A stretch of 63,112 nucleotides of DNA, filler included. It is 5 parts of 5 records of this genome, joined end to end, with 100 filler letters (N's around TTAATTAATTAA, not from the genome) between each part and the next. Parts side by side here need not be neighbours in the genome. Positions count along the whole stretch, not along the records: positions 16,348 to 25,065 come from DRR723986_5281; positions 25,166 to 41,330 come from DRR723986_5283; 3 more parts are not named here. One strand, written 5' to 3'. The position numbers were made by a program, and so were the translations under genes. The notes beneath the pieces are model-generated. The model had not been told where the DNA came from and did not search any database. It saw only the letters and a list, made by a program, of their open reading frames with translations. Position 1 is the first letter of the stretch, and every line of letters starts with the position of its first letter. Below, in pieces: positions 20,078 through 29,303 of this stretch.

Positions 20078-21829
20078 ATGTCAAAAATCTTTATTTACTC
20101 GGAGCCAGCTTATGTGAGGCCAGTTTCCGACGATTATGTCGATCCAACAGGAGACTTCACCACATTCAACACGCATTTTTCCGCAACCGCAGTCACATTT
20201 GAAGCTTTGGGTGAGGCGGAATTGAGGACCAGATTAGCAGGTGCTTTTCAGCAGGACAGCGACGGCAGGATCACAGGCTCGATCACCGGTATTGTAACGA
20301 CGCTTGAGGAACCGTCCTATGTTTACGAAGGTGTCCCAATCGAGCAAACGGTTATACAGCTTGATGTCAATGGTGTTGATTTCAGTCACTACCCAAATGC
20401 CATAACCGGCAATGGCCAAACCAATGATTTGCCCTGGACCAACGAATTGGATGCGGCCTTTTTTGCCGAAGATGACGAGATCACCGTTGAGGCATTGTCA
20501 GATGGAACAACCCCGCTTGCCGTAAGTGGGCATGATGGCGATGACCGTATTCAGATAGAGCCAAAATTTTACGATTTTTTCGGCAATGTGTTGGTCAGCG
20601 ATCAGATATTGCCAGACCCTGAAATTTATCTCACCTATGATGAACGCTGGAAGATATTCGCCCCCTCAGCGAACACCGTGATCGAAGGCGGTGCCGGTGA
20701 CGATAACATCCGGTCCTCCATCGGTGATGATACCGTGTTCGGGGGAAACGGTGACGATTTCATATTCTCGGATATCGGACAAGATCGCCTCTACGGCGGG
20801 CTGGGGAATGATGAACTAAGGGCAACCGAAAAAGGAATGTTTGGCGGCGATCTGTCCGCGGGGGCTACTGCGGTTTATGACTATCCAAGCTCAAATTTTA
20901 TCATAAATGTCGAGCAGAACGTCGCGAGGATTCATACAGAACTGCAGAGCATCGTACCGATAGACCTTTACGAGGGCATTGGCCCTTCTGCGCCGCTGGA
21001 CACAGTTTTGCTGATGCGAACGATCACCGTCGAAGACAAAGTGGCTGACAGAGAAGGCACAGACACCCTGTACAACATTGATTTTCTGGAATTTCAGGAC
21101 CGCACCATTGATCTAAATGAGCTGAGCACCTTTCATTTCCATACCAACGATGAGGTGCATCACCTGACAGGAGACGCCACAGCCCTCAACATTGGCGCAC
21201 TTCGCGATGCGGTTGAGTTAAGTGAGGCAGAAGCCCGCGAATTGGTTGAGATCTACACCGCGTTTTTCGACCGTGCGCCAGATGCTTTGGGTCTGTATTT
21301 CTGGGCGCAGCATGTGGTGAAGGGGATGTCTCTTGAAGAGGTCGCAGGGCATCTCGCCGCCTCTGTCGAGGCGCAGGCGTTGTTTCCGTTTGACGATGGT
21401 CCTGCGGCGTTCATTTCCGCCGTCTATCAAAACGTCCTGAACCGTGCACCGGATGCCGATGGCTTGGCGTTTTGGTCTGGCGTGCTGGAGGCGGGCCAGA
21501 TCAACCGTGGAGAACTGGTGCTTGAGATCATCCGCGGCACCCGGGCCGAAGCTTCCGCAGATGACAGCGCGGAAACCGTATCCCAGCGGGTCGCCGATGC
21601 GCTCTTTCTGGAGGCGAAGACCTATCTGGGTCTCTATTTTTCGGCCTACAAGGGTATGAGCAATGTCGATCATGCCGAAAACGTGTTCGAGACATTCGAC
21701 GGCTCTGGTCAAAGCTTCGCCGAGGCGAAGACCTTGATCGAGGATTACCACAAAGCAGCGATGGACCCGGAAATGGGCGAGTTGTTGATCACCATGGTGG
21801 GCATCACGGGCGGGATGTTTGACACGTAA
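20078..21829 (+). CDS. RTX Ca-binding repeat protein with C-terminal DUF4214 domain (putative T1SS-secreted surface protein)
   Basis: GGAGDDNI, GGNGDDFI, GGLGNDEL repeats; EGTDTLYNIDFLEFQD; IYTAFFDRAPDALGLYFW and VYQNVLNRAPDADGLAFW; no Sec signal. Confidence 0.85.
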   Translation: MSKIFIYSEPAYVRPVSDDYVDPTGDFTTFNTHFSATAVTFEALGEAELRTRLAGAFQQDSDGRITGSITGIVTTLEEPSYVYEGVPIEQTVIQLDVNGVDFSHYPNAITGNGQTNDLPWTNELDAAFFAEDDEITVEALSDGTTPLAVSGHDGDDRIQIEPKFYDFFGNVLVSDQILPDPEIYLTYDERWKIFAPSANTVIEGGAGDDNIRSSIGDDTVFGGNGDDFIFSDIGQDRLYGGLGNDELRATEKGMFGGDLSAGATAVYDYPSSNFIINVEQNVARIHTELQSIVPIDLYEGIGPSAPLDTVLLMRTITVEDKVADREGTDTLYNIDFLEFQDRTIDLNELSTFHFHTNDEVHHLTGDATALNIGALRDAVELSEAEARELVEIYTAFFDRAPDALGLYFWAQHVVKGMSLEEVAGHLAASVEAQALFPFDDGPAAFISAVYQNVLNRAPDADGLAFWSGVLEAGQINRGELVLEIIRGTRAEASADDSAETVSQRVADALFLEAKTYLGLYFSAYKGMSNVDHAENVFETFDGSGQSFAEAKTLIEDYHKAAMDPEMGELLITMVGITGGMFDT

Positions 21830-21887
21830 CTTGGAACGTCAACTTCACCCTGATGAACAGCGTGCCATTTGGCGTGAGATATGACAT

Positions 21888-21917
21888 AGGCCGGGCGCGA
21901 TTGCCCGGCCTGTTTTT
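21888..21917 (+). terminator. intrinsic terminator
   Basis: aggccgggc-gcgatt-gcccggcct-gttttt. Confidence 0.8.
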
Positions 21918-21930
21918 GTTTAGATCGCCT

Positions 21931-21967
21931 TGACATTATAAATGTCATTATGACATGCTTAATGTCA
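21931..21967. promoter_or_regulatory. two tandem palindromic operators TGACAT-N5-ATGTCA (putative MarR autoregulatory sites)
   Basis: TGACATTATAAATGTCA (21931-47) and TGACATGCTTAATGTCA (21951-67); first overlaps TTGACA, second touches the ATG. Confidence 0.75.
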
Positions 21968-22419
21968 TGAATCACCTAGATCATCTTTACCAGGTTATCT
22001 GGCAATCCCGCCCCCTGATGCAGGCTGCAGAAGCGGCGGTGGAACGCGGCCTCGAGGGCAGCGGGCTGACCGTTCGCATGCGCGCAGTGCTGGAAATCCT
22101 CGCGGATGGCGGCGCGGCGACGGTCCCCGAAATCGCGCAGCGTCTTGAGATCAAACGGCAATATGTACAGCTGATGATCAACGACACCCATGCCGCCGGG
22201 TTCACTGAGGCGGTCCCGAACCCCCGTCATCAACGCTCCAAGCTCATTGCCCTGACCGAGACCGGGCAGAGCCTTATTGCTCAGGTCATGCAGCGCGAGA
22301 AGGAATTGCTGAAAAGGATCTGTGGCGATCTGACTGATGAAGAGTTGGAGATCACGCTTATGACCATGCAGCAATTGATCGCGCGGCTAAAGTCCGCCAC
22401 CGAGGAGAAGGCTCCGTGA
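21967..22419 (+). CDS. MarR family transcriptional regulator
   Basis: GLTVRMRAVLEIL, TVPEIAQRLEIKRQYVQ, NPRHQRSKLIALTETG winged HTH; start may be 21955 or 21967. Confidence 0.9.
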   Translation: MNHLDHLYQVIWQSRPLMQAAEAAVERGLEGSGLTVRMRAVLEILADGGAATVPEIAQRLEIKRQYVQLMINDTHAAGFTEAVPNPRHQRSKLIALTETGQSLIAQVMQREKELLKRICGDLTDEELEITLMTMQQLIARLKSATEEKAP

Positions 22420-23039
22420 CGGTTTTTCTTTCTGCTCTTGTCATTGGCGGTCTCACCCTATGGCTTCTTCACGGCATCTGGCTGATAGGACGGGTCAGTA
22501 CCGGCCCTCTGGTTCAAGGGCAGTCCGAAACGGCACTTGTGATGATCGACCTGCAAACCGTCTTCTGGCAGGATGGCCCCTACAACGCAGATCAGAAGGC
22601 CAAGGCGGAAATCGCAATCTTGCATGCGGTGGAACGGGCCAAGGCCAATGGCATCCCCGTCATCGCCCTGCGGCAGGAATGGTCCATCCCCTCGACCAGA
22701 GTGATTGCACGCCTCACCATGAAGGGGGCTGCAGTGGCGGGCTCGGATGGCACCGAAATTGCCGCGCCCTTTGCGGGCAAGGCCGATCATACACTGGTCA
22801 AGCGGGTGCAGGACGGATTTGAAACGGGCGCACTTGACCCCTTGCTGAAAAAACTTGGCGTTGGTCATCTCCATCTGATGGGGCTGGATGCCGCCTATTG
22901 CGTGGCCAAAACGGCGCTTGCTGCCCGCGCACGGGGGTATCAGGTGATAATTGACCGGCGGACGATATTGGCAGCGGATCAAAGGACCGCTGACAAAGCC
23001 TTGAAACATCTCGAAGAAAAAGGTGTTACCTTGATCTAG
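22416..23039 (+). CDS. isochorismatase-family cysteine hydrolase with N-terminal TM anchor
   Basis: ALVMIDLQ (Asp), VKRVQDGF (Lys), GLDAAYCV (Cys) catalytic triad. Confidence 0.88.
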   Translation: MTVFLSALVIGGLTLWLLHGIWLIGRVSTGPLVQGQSETALVMIDLQTVFWQDGPYNADQKAKAEIAILHAVERAKANGIPVIALRQEWSIPSTRVIARLTMKGAAVAGSDGTEIAAPFAGKADHTLVKRVQDGFETGALDPLLKKLGVGHLHLMGLDAAYCVAKTALAARARGYQVIIDRRTILAADQRTADKALKHLEEKGVTLI

Positions 23040-23045
23040 CGCGGA

Positions 23046-24272
23046 TCAGAACGTCAGTTTCGCCCCGATGATCAGCGTATGAGATTGCACACCCGCATCA
23101 CCAACCGCCTTGGGCATGATCAGCGGCACAAACCCGTCGTTGAACATGTATTCCACGCCCAGTTTCAAATGTTTGTTCATGTCCATCTCAAGGCCCAGCA
23201 CCGCCTGATCCATCTTTTCCCACTCGGTGCCCTTGGCCCCCTGCACACCGCGGCTCAGCGATAAGGAATAGGTGGCGGGTTTGCCAAACAGCTCGGAACG
23301 GTAGCGGCCCTGAAGGGTCAATGCGCTGACCTTGTGCCCCGTGGCAGGCCAGATGCCGGTGGTTTTGGTGAATTCCGCCATCAGGTCATAGCGATCCCCG
23401 CTCAGCGTCGCGTTCAGGTTATAGGCGCCGTTCCAGACACGGGCGGTTCCGGCAGAGGGCGGGTGATGGGCAATCGCGCTGTCATAGATTGTTCCGCGCA
23501 GATAGCCGCCCCCCAGTTGCAGTTGCACCCCGCCCGTCAGGTCCAGCCGGTGTGCAAGGTTCAGCGCGTAATTCTCATAATCGCCATCGTTGTCCGGGCT
23601 GTCCACAACCCGCAGGCCGCGATGACCGGGGATCAAGGTGAACGCCAGATCAGTGTTCTTGCCCAGATAGCCCACTTCGATCACCGGATCTTTCGACTGC
23701 GCCCAAAAGTAGTGATTGCTGTGCGAATGGGTGAAGGGGGCGTAAGTGGCGAAATTGCCAAAATTCACCGTTTTGCGCCCCACGGCAAGATAGAACGGCG
23801 ACCGGTCCAGATCGCCAAGCGCGACCCAATATTTGCGCAGTTGCAGCGCATCCTGACCGGGGTATTCGACCTCGGTGTATTCGGCCTGGGCAAATGCGGT
23901 GACCAATGGCAAGGCCAATGTGGCATGCAAGGTGGCCTCATTGACCACACCGTAAACATCAGAGGTGCCGCTGGTGTGGGTCGGCGGCAGCCGCGACAGG
24001 ATCGGGAATTTGCCAGCAGTGTTGGTACGCTCGGCAATGATGGTGGCAAAAAGCCGCCCGCCAAAGGTCAGCGTGCCAATCTCGCCCGATTGCCGTGCCC
24101 GCAGGGCAATGCCCACTTTGCCCGTGACATCCTCCTGCCGGTCCAGCATCCGTTCCGAATAGCGCAGAGAGGTGCCCACCGGCGGCTTGGCCTCATCCGC
24201 CCATCCCTCACCTGCCCCGACCAGCAAAGTGCTCCCCGCCAAAGCCCCAATAAACTTATGAAAATACGACAT
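23046..24272 (-). CDS. outer-membrane beta-barrel, LbtU/DUF3573-like porin
   Basis: Signal peptide; WVALGDLDRSPFYLAVGRKTVNFG resembles LbtU-family motif; C-terminal LIIGAKLTF beta-signal. Confidence 0.65.
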   Translation of the reverse strand: MSYFHKFIGALAGSTLLVGAGEGWADEAKPPVGTSLRYSERMLDRQEDVTGKVGIALRARQSGEIGTLTFGGRLFATIIAERTNTAGKFPILSRLPPTHTSGTSDVYGVVNEATLHATLALPLVTAFAQAEYTEVEYPGQDALQLRKYWVALGDLDRSPFYLAVGRKTVNFGNFATYAPFTHSHSNHYFWAQSKDPVIEVGYLGKNTDLAFTLIPGHRGLRVVDSPDNDGDYENYALNLAHRLDLTGGVQLQLGGGYLRGTIYDSAIAHHPPSAGTARVWNGAYNLNATLSGDRYDLMAEFTKTTGIWPATGHKVSALTLQGRYRSELFGKPATYSLSLSRGVQGAKGTEWEKMDQAVLGLEMDMNKHLKLGVEYMFNDGFVPLIMPKAVGDAGVQSHTLIIGAKLTF

Positions 24273-24486
24273 GAAATGCGCCCGCTTGATTTGCTGTCCA
24301 CCCATAATACGGAGGATTCTCGCAAATTATCACGGTTTCGTGATCGACTGAATGGCCTTTATTGCCACATGGGCCAGACGCCTTGGGTGACGTGGGGCCA
24401 AGGTGACAAATTTGGCCCAACTGCCCCCTTTCTATTCAGAAATACATCTGTGATGGTTCCCAGAACCGCAAGCAATGAGATGCCAC

Positions 24487-25065
24487 ATGGACAACAAACT
24501 TCTGCTGATCATTCTGGACGGCGTGCCCTACCGCAACTGGCGTCGGCTTTTTGGCAATCTCGAAGGCTGGGTGGACAGCGGCGATGCACGGGTCTGGAAA
24601 ATCCGGTCGGTCCTGCCCTCGATCTCTGCCTCTTGCTATGCTTCGATCCACACTGGCGTCGCGCCTGCGGTGCATGGCTGCACCGGCAACGGCAATGTAT
24701 TCCGCCTGAAGGAAAAGGACGTGTTCAGCCAGGTCCGCGAGGCGGGCGGGGTTACGGGCGCGGTTGCGCACAGCTTCTGGTCAGAGTTCTTCAACCGCCA
24801 TCCCTTCGATTATGTCCGCGATGTGGAATATGACGAACCGGACAGCGCCACGATCAACCATGGCCGGTTTCACACGATGACAGGCTATGGTCAGGCCAAT
24901 CAGATGACGCCCTCCGATGTGGATCTGTTTGGATCGCTGACCAACCTGTGCCTGCGCTTTGGTCTCAACTACGGCATGCTGCACACCTGCACACTTGACA
25001 GTATGGGCCACCGGTTCTTTCACGAAAGCCAGGAAATGGACCATGCCTGTTTCGTGATGGACGAA
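24487..25065 (+). CDS. alkaline phosphatase/NPP superfamily protein (truncated by contig end)
   Basis: LLLIILDG, LPSISASCYASIHTG, DSMGH metal ligands. Confidence 0.85.
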
Positions 25066-25165
25066 NNNNNNNNNNNNNNNNNNNNNNNNNNNNNNNNNNN
25101 NNNNNNNNNTTAATTAATTAANNNNNNNNNNNNNNNNNNNNNNNNNNNNNNNNNNNNNNNNNNNN
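25066..25165. other. artificial contig spacer
   Basis: N44-TTAATTAATTAA-N44. Confidence 0.98.
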
Positions 25166-25485
25166 TTGAGTTGATTCAGATAATTCTTTGAGCGATGCCG
25201 CCCATCGAGAGTTGTCATTTTTGATCTCGATCCGTAGGTTGGGTTAGATATTTTGACGATGGATCGGAAAGTTAACCGTACATCCTAATTCTACTGCATG
25301 GCGATAGATATACAGGAGAAAGCACTTCTCGCTTATGCACCGACCAACCCCATAGTCATCCTCCCATCATCAAAATACCGAATTGCTACTCGTCATCCGC
25401 ACTCCTATAGTGGGCTAATTATTTGAGTATTAATCAATCAAATTATTGGTCCACTCACTAGCCCAACGGCGGGCGCGGAGACAAT

Positions 25486-27849
25486 ATGAAACCAACCGTA
25501 GTGAATCTATTCAAGGCGGCTGGTTTTGCCGCGTTTGTCGCATTGTCAGCTTGCGGCGGTGGCGGTGGTGATTCTAGCCCCACAGCGGGCGGCGGGGGCG
25601 GCGGTACAGTCACCGGCGCAGCGGCCAAGGGTATCGTGAAAAACGGCATTGTCACCGTAAAAAATGCCAACGGCCAAGTCATTGGTACCGGGCGAACCAA
25701 CAACACCGACGGCAGCTACAGCATTGATGTGGGCGATTATGCAGGCCCCGTGTTTGTCGAAATTTCCGCCGACAGCATGACCACCATTCAAGATGAAATC
25801 ACTGGCACCGATGAGCCTGCCACCAACGTTTCTGGTGTGCTGCTTGAATCGGTCAGTACCATCACCGCGGGTCAGGCGGTGGATGTGAATGTTAGTCCGC
25901 TGACCACTCTGGTGGCGCAGCTGGCAAAAAATTCGGCTGGCGAGGCTGAAATAACACCCGCGTTGGTACAACAAGCCCAAGCCGCCATTACCACCACCCT
26001 GGGTTTTAACCCCATTGCCACCAAACCCTTGAACCCCAGCGACCCAGCCACGGCCGATGCCGATGCAGCCTCCAAAAAGCAGGCCATTTTGCTGGCGGGT
26101 CTGGCTCAGTTTGGCAGCGACAACCCCACCTGTGCGGCCTTGGACAATCGTGCCGCTCAGCTTGCCTGTGCCTCCAGTCAACTGGCCATGGCGTATTCGG
26201 GCTCTACCATCAGCAACGAACAAGCCACCATTGTGATCGACGGCCGCGCACTAACTGGCCTTACTGAGGCCATCAACACCGTGTCGATGGACCCAGAAAT
26301 CAACCAGACTAGGGCCACAGTTGACCCTGAAAGCGACCCCGCCACCAACAGCCTGGCGCAGGCGGAGATGAACCCCGAGACGCCACAGCAGCAAACCGTG
26401 GCAACGCCCACACCCAACAACAGTGATATTGTTGCAGTGCGGGAGTTGTTGAATAACCTGCGCTCCAACGCCGCTGCATTGGATAACGAAACCTTGAACA
26501 GCCCGGTTGAGGCGCAGCTTGCCGACTTTTCCGACAGCCTTTCCGCGCAGGCCACAGGCCTGGAGTTTGGTGCCTTTCAAATTGCCGAGGCAACCTCCCT
26601 GGCGATCGAAATGTATGCCCGCTACAAATTTCAGGCAGGCATGTTTCCGAACATACAGCGTATCGTTGATCAATCCCGGTTTGGCACAGCGCGCTGCCTG
26701 GTACTCAACGCGGTTCAACGCGAGCCCAATATGCCAGTTACCGGCGTAACGATTGCCAACACCACGGGCGCAGACAATGCCAACTTCGCAGCCTGCACTG
26801 TGTTTGGTGAAACCCTGCGATTCAACGGCGTCAAGTACCAGGCCCGCCACTATGTGCTCATGACTCCCATTAACGGTACCAACAACACCTTTAACGTGGA
26901 AAGTGATTCCCGCGTGTGCCGCAATCAAACTCCGGGCACTGCAGACACTTGCTTAAGCTTGGCCAATGGCACGGTGGTTAATGGCGTGGCAGGCCCCAAT
27001 GTGGCCACTACCATGGGCACCCAAACATTTGCAAATGGCCGCCCTTCAAGAATTACCGGCGACTTCAATGGCCAGGTGGTGCCACCGTTTGAACTTCAAA
27101 TTATCAACGGTCAGGTTCAGGGCGTTGAGCTGGCCGACACCGCCAGTTTTGAAATTTCATTCGTGTCTAACAACCCCACTGAAACGTCTTCAGACATTGC
27201 AGGCAGTGGCGAATTTGTCTCCGTACTGGATGGCAATACCCTCACCAGCACCGTGAACAGTTTTGTCATCAATGGCGTGGAAAACGAAGAGGGCGAACCC
27301 ATTGGCACCATCAGCGCCGATGTGTCCATTCGAACCACCCTAGGCCGTTTCAGTGGCACTTTCGAATCGAACAGCGACAACACAGGCATGGGCACCGTTG
27401 ACCTCTCGGGGTCAGTTGATTTAATTGAGGGTGAAACCATCACCCCATTGTTCAGCGGCAGCATTACGCTAGCAACATCGCCGGGCACCATGGAAGCCCC
27501 ACCCAGCGAATCGGTGGCGTTTTCTGGCACGGTTAGCCTACCTCAGCGGCCACAACTTACGGTGGAGGTATTGCTCACGTCAATTTCCGAAACGCTTGAA
27601 GAGCCCGCCACTCAGGAAATCAACCTCACCTATCAACAAAACGGAATTACCGTGATTGTGGATGGTGTAGAACAAGGCGACAGTGCAAGCCTTACTATCA
27701 CATCGCCCACCAGCCTGGTGAGCATTGGGCCTTTCAACCCACAGGGCAATGGAAGTGTGGATGTTTTGCGTGGAAGCAGCCTCGCTGGCCGCTTTAACCT
27801 AAGTACTTCACGCATTGATTATGTGGACGGTACTTTCGAACAATTCTAA
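25486..27849 (+). CDS. large lipoprotein of unknown function (787 aa), Gly-rich tether and beta-rich C-terminal half
   Basis: Lipobox LSAC followed by GGGGGDS..GGGGGG; TVTGAAAKG..GIVTV..TDGSYSI Ig/prealbumin-like start; ends IDYVDGTFEQF. Confidence 0.85.
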   Translation: MKPTVVNLFKAAGFAAFVALSACGGGGGDSSPTAGGGGGGTVTGAAAKGIVKNGIVTVKNANGQVIGTGRTNNTDGSYSIDVGDYAGPVFVEISADSMTTIQDEITGTDEPATNVSGVLLESVSTITAGQAVDVNVSPLTTLVAQLAKNSAGEAEITPALVQQAQAAITTTLGFNPIATKPLNPSDPATADADAASKKQAILLAGLAQFGSDNPTCAALDNRAAQLACASSQLAMAYSGSTISNEQATIVIDGRALTGLTEAINTVSMDPEINQTRATVDPESDPATNSLAQAEMNPETPQQQTVATPTPNNSDIVAVRELLNNLRSNAAALDNETLNSPVEAQLADFSDSLSAQATGLEFGAFQIAEATSLAIEMYARYKFQAGMFPNIQRIVDQSRFGTARCLVLNAVQREPNMPVTGVTIANTTGADNANFAACTVFGETLRFNGVKYQARHYVLMTPINGTNNTFNVESDSRVCRNQTPGTADTCLSLANGTVVNGVAGPNVATTMGTQTFANGRPSRITGDFNGQVVPPFELQIINGQVQGVELADTASFEISFVSNNPTETSSDIAGSGEFVSVLDGNTLTSTVNSFVINGVENEEGEPIGTISADVSIRTTLGRFSGTFESNSDNTGMGTVDLSGSVDLIEGETITPLFSGSITLATSPGTMEAPPSESVAFSGTVSLPQRPQLTVEVLLTSISETLEEPATQEINLTYQQNGITVIVDGVEQGDSASLTITSPTSLVSIGPFNPQGNGSVDVLRGSSLAGRFNLSTSRIDYVDGTFEQF

Positions 27850-27863
27850 GCACCAACCTTTCA

Positions 27864-28982
27864 ATGAAAACAATAAAAACAACGGCTGTAATTTTCGCCA
27901 CAGCCTGTAGCGCAACCGGCGCTCAGGCTGATGTGCAGGGCAACTATTTACTTGAATTGGGTGCTCAAACCTATCAAGCCAACAACGCAGTTTCAATTGA
28001 TCAATTCGATTCAAACTTCGCTGGCTACAACCCGAAACACAGTCAAATTTATGGGCTTGGTGAAAATTGGGTTTACCTGCAAGCCAGCCGTGCCGGGTAT
28101 ACATTGCAGGTGTACAAAAAGCAGGAAATATTCATCAACGCTGGGCGAGAAACGGGGCAGCTGTATGCGGATGTTAATGCCCGCATACCGCCCAGCACCA
28201 ACAGGCCTTATGCCGTTGATTTCGATGGTTATGGCATTGAACAAACCGGCATTGGTGTGTCCAAAACGTTTCAGTTGGGCAGCTTCGGCGGCGCGCAAGC
28301 ATTCACTTTAAGCCCAACGGCACGCGTTTATAACATCAACCGATACCGCGAAATTCAGGCCAGCGGTTTTGCGGCTGCGCGTGCCGATGGTAGTTACGAC
28401 ATTGCAGTCAACACCGCCGAGCGCGACACCCAGGCCGACTTCACCTTCCCAGTTGGCAACACCCCCAGCGGCATGGGTTATGCATTTGACTTGGCGGCCA
28501 CCTGGCAAATCAACCCAGCCTTGCAGGCCTTCGCCAAAGCGCAAGACCTGTTGAATTACAACAGCATTAAAAACGCGCCGACCACTGTGCAAACGCTCAA
28601 CAGCAACGTGAACCAGTTTGATGCAGATGGGTTCTTAAACTACAACCCCGCCATTCAAGGGCGCAACAGCCGCGAAACATTCGATTTCAGCTTGCCGGTA
28701 AAAACGCATGTTGGACTTGCCTATGCGACAGGTTCAAATTGGGTTGACACCGTGGGGGTAGACGTTCGCCACCTTCAAGGCTTGGTGTTGCCGCGCCTTA
28801 GCGCGGCTTGGGTTAAGCCCGTTGAATGGCTGGACAGCGTGGGTGTGGGTTATGAAGCACATTTTCAAGCCATCGACCTGGCCGTGAATTTTAAGTACGG
28901 CGGCGTGCGGCTTGGCTTTGATTCTTTGAGTGACAACCGGCGGGTAGAATTTTTGCAGGTGTTCTTCAAGGCCGGCCTTTAA
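27864..28982 (+). CDS. putative outer-membrane beta-barrel protein
   Basis: Signal peptide (AQA); amphipathic strands such as GMGYAFDLAATWQ, VGVGYE, C-terminal FLQVFFKAGL. Confidence 0.7.
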   Translation: MKTIKTTAVIFATACSATGAQADVQGNYLLELGAQTYQANNAVSIDQFDSNFAGYNPKHSQIYGLGENWVYLQASRAGYTLQVYKKQEIFINAGRETGQLYADVNARIPPSTNRPYAVDFDGYGIEQTGIGVSKTFQLGSFGGAQAFTLSPTARVYNINRYREIQASGFAAARADGSYDIAVNTAERDTQADFTFPVGNTPSGMGYAFDLAATWQINPALQAFAKAQDLLNYNSIKNAPTTVQTLNSNVNQFDADGFLNYNPAIQGRNSRETFDFSLPVKTHVGLAYATGSNWVDTVGVDVRHLQGLVLPRLSAAWVKPVEWLDSVGVGYEAHFQAIDLAVNFKYGGVRLGFDSLSDNRRVEFLQVFFKAGL

Positions 28983-29303
28983 CTCGCAAACGCGTTCAGT
29001 AGCGGCACATCAAAAAGATCGCTTTGAATTGGCTCCCCCCAAAATGCATCCCCGCTGTAAAAATTCCATGTTCTTTTGCATCGTTGACTAGTCAATCTTT
29101 TGTAAATGTTAGGTATTACTCATCAATCGATTCGCTAAACCTTCACACTAAACATACCGAATACTGACACCAGTGTATTTTTACTGATGGTGTGTCATAT
29201 CCATAGGGTATATACAAAGTATTTGCCGGGCGCAAATATGGCGTCGTCCAGTTACAGAATTATTAAAAGCTGGCGCCAATTCACCTACTTTAGACCATAG
29301 AAC

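Noticed and set aside
23334-24833. 499-aa plus-strand ORF
   Set aside because: Antisense to the porin and out of frame with the phosphatase gene; Arg/Gln-rich non-protein-like composition.
25234-25247. GTAGGTTGGGTTAG resembling a GTAG-family REP half-site
   Set aside because: No complementary arm or second copy was found nearby.
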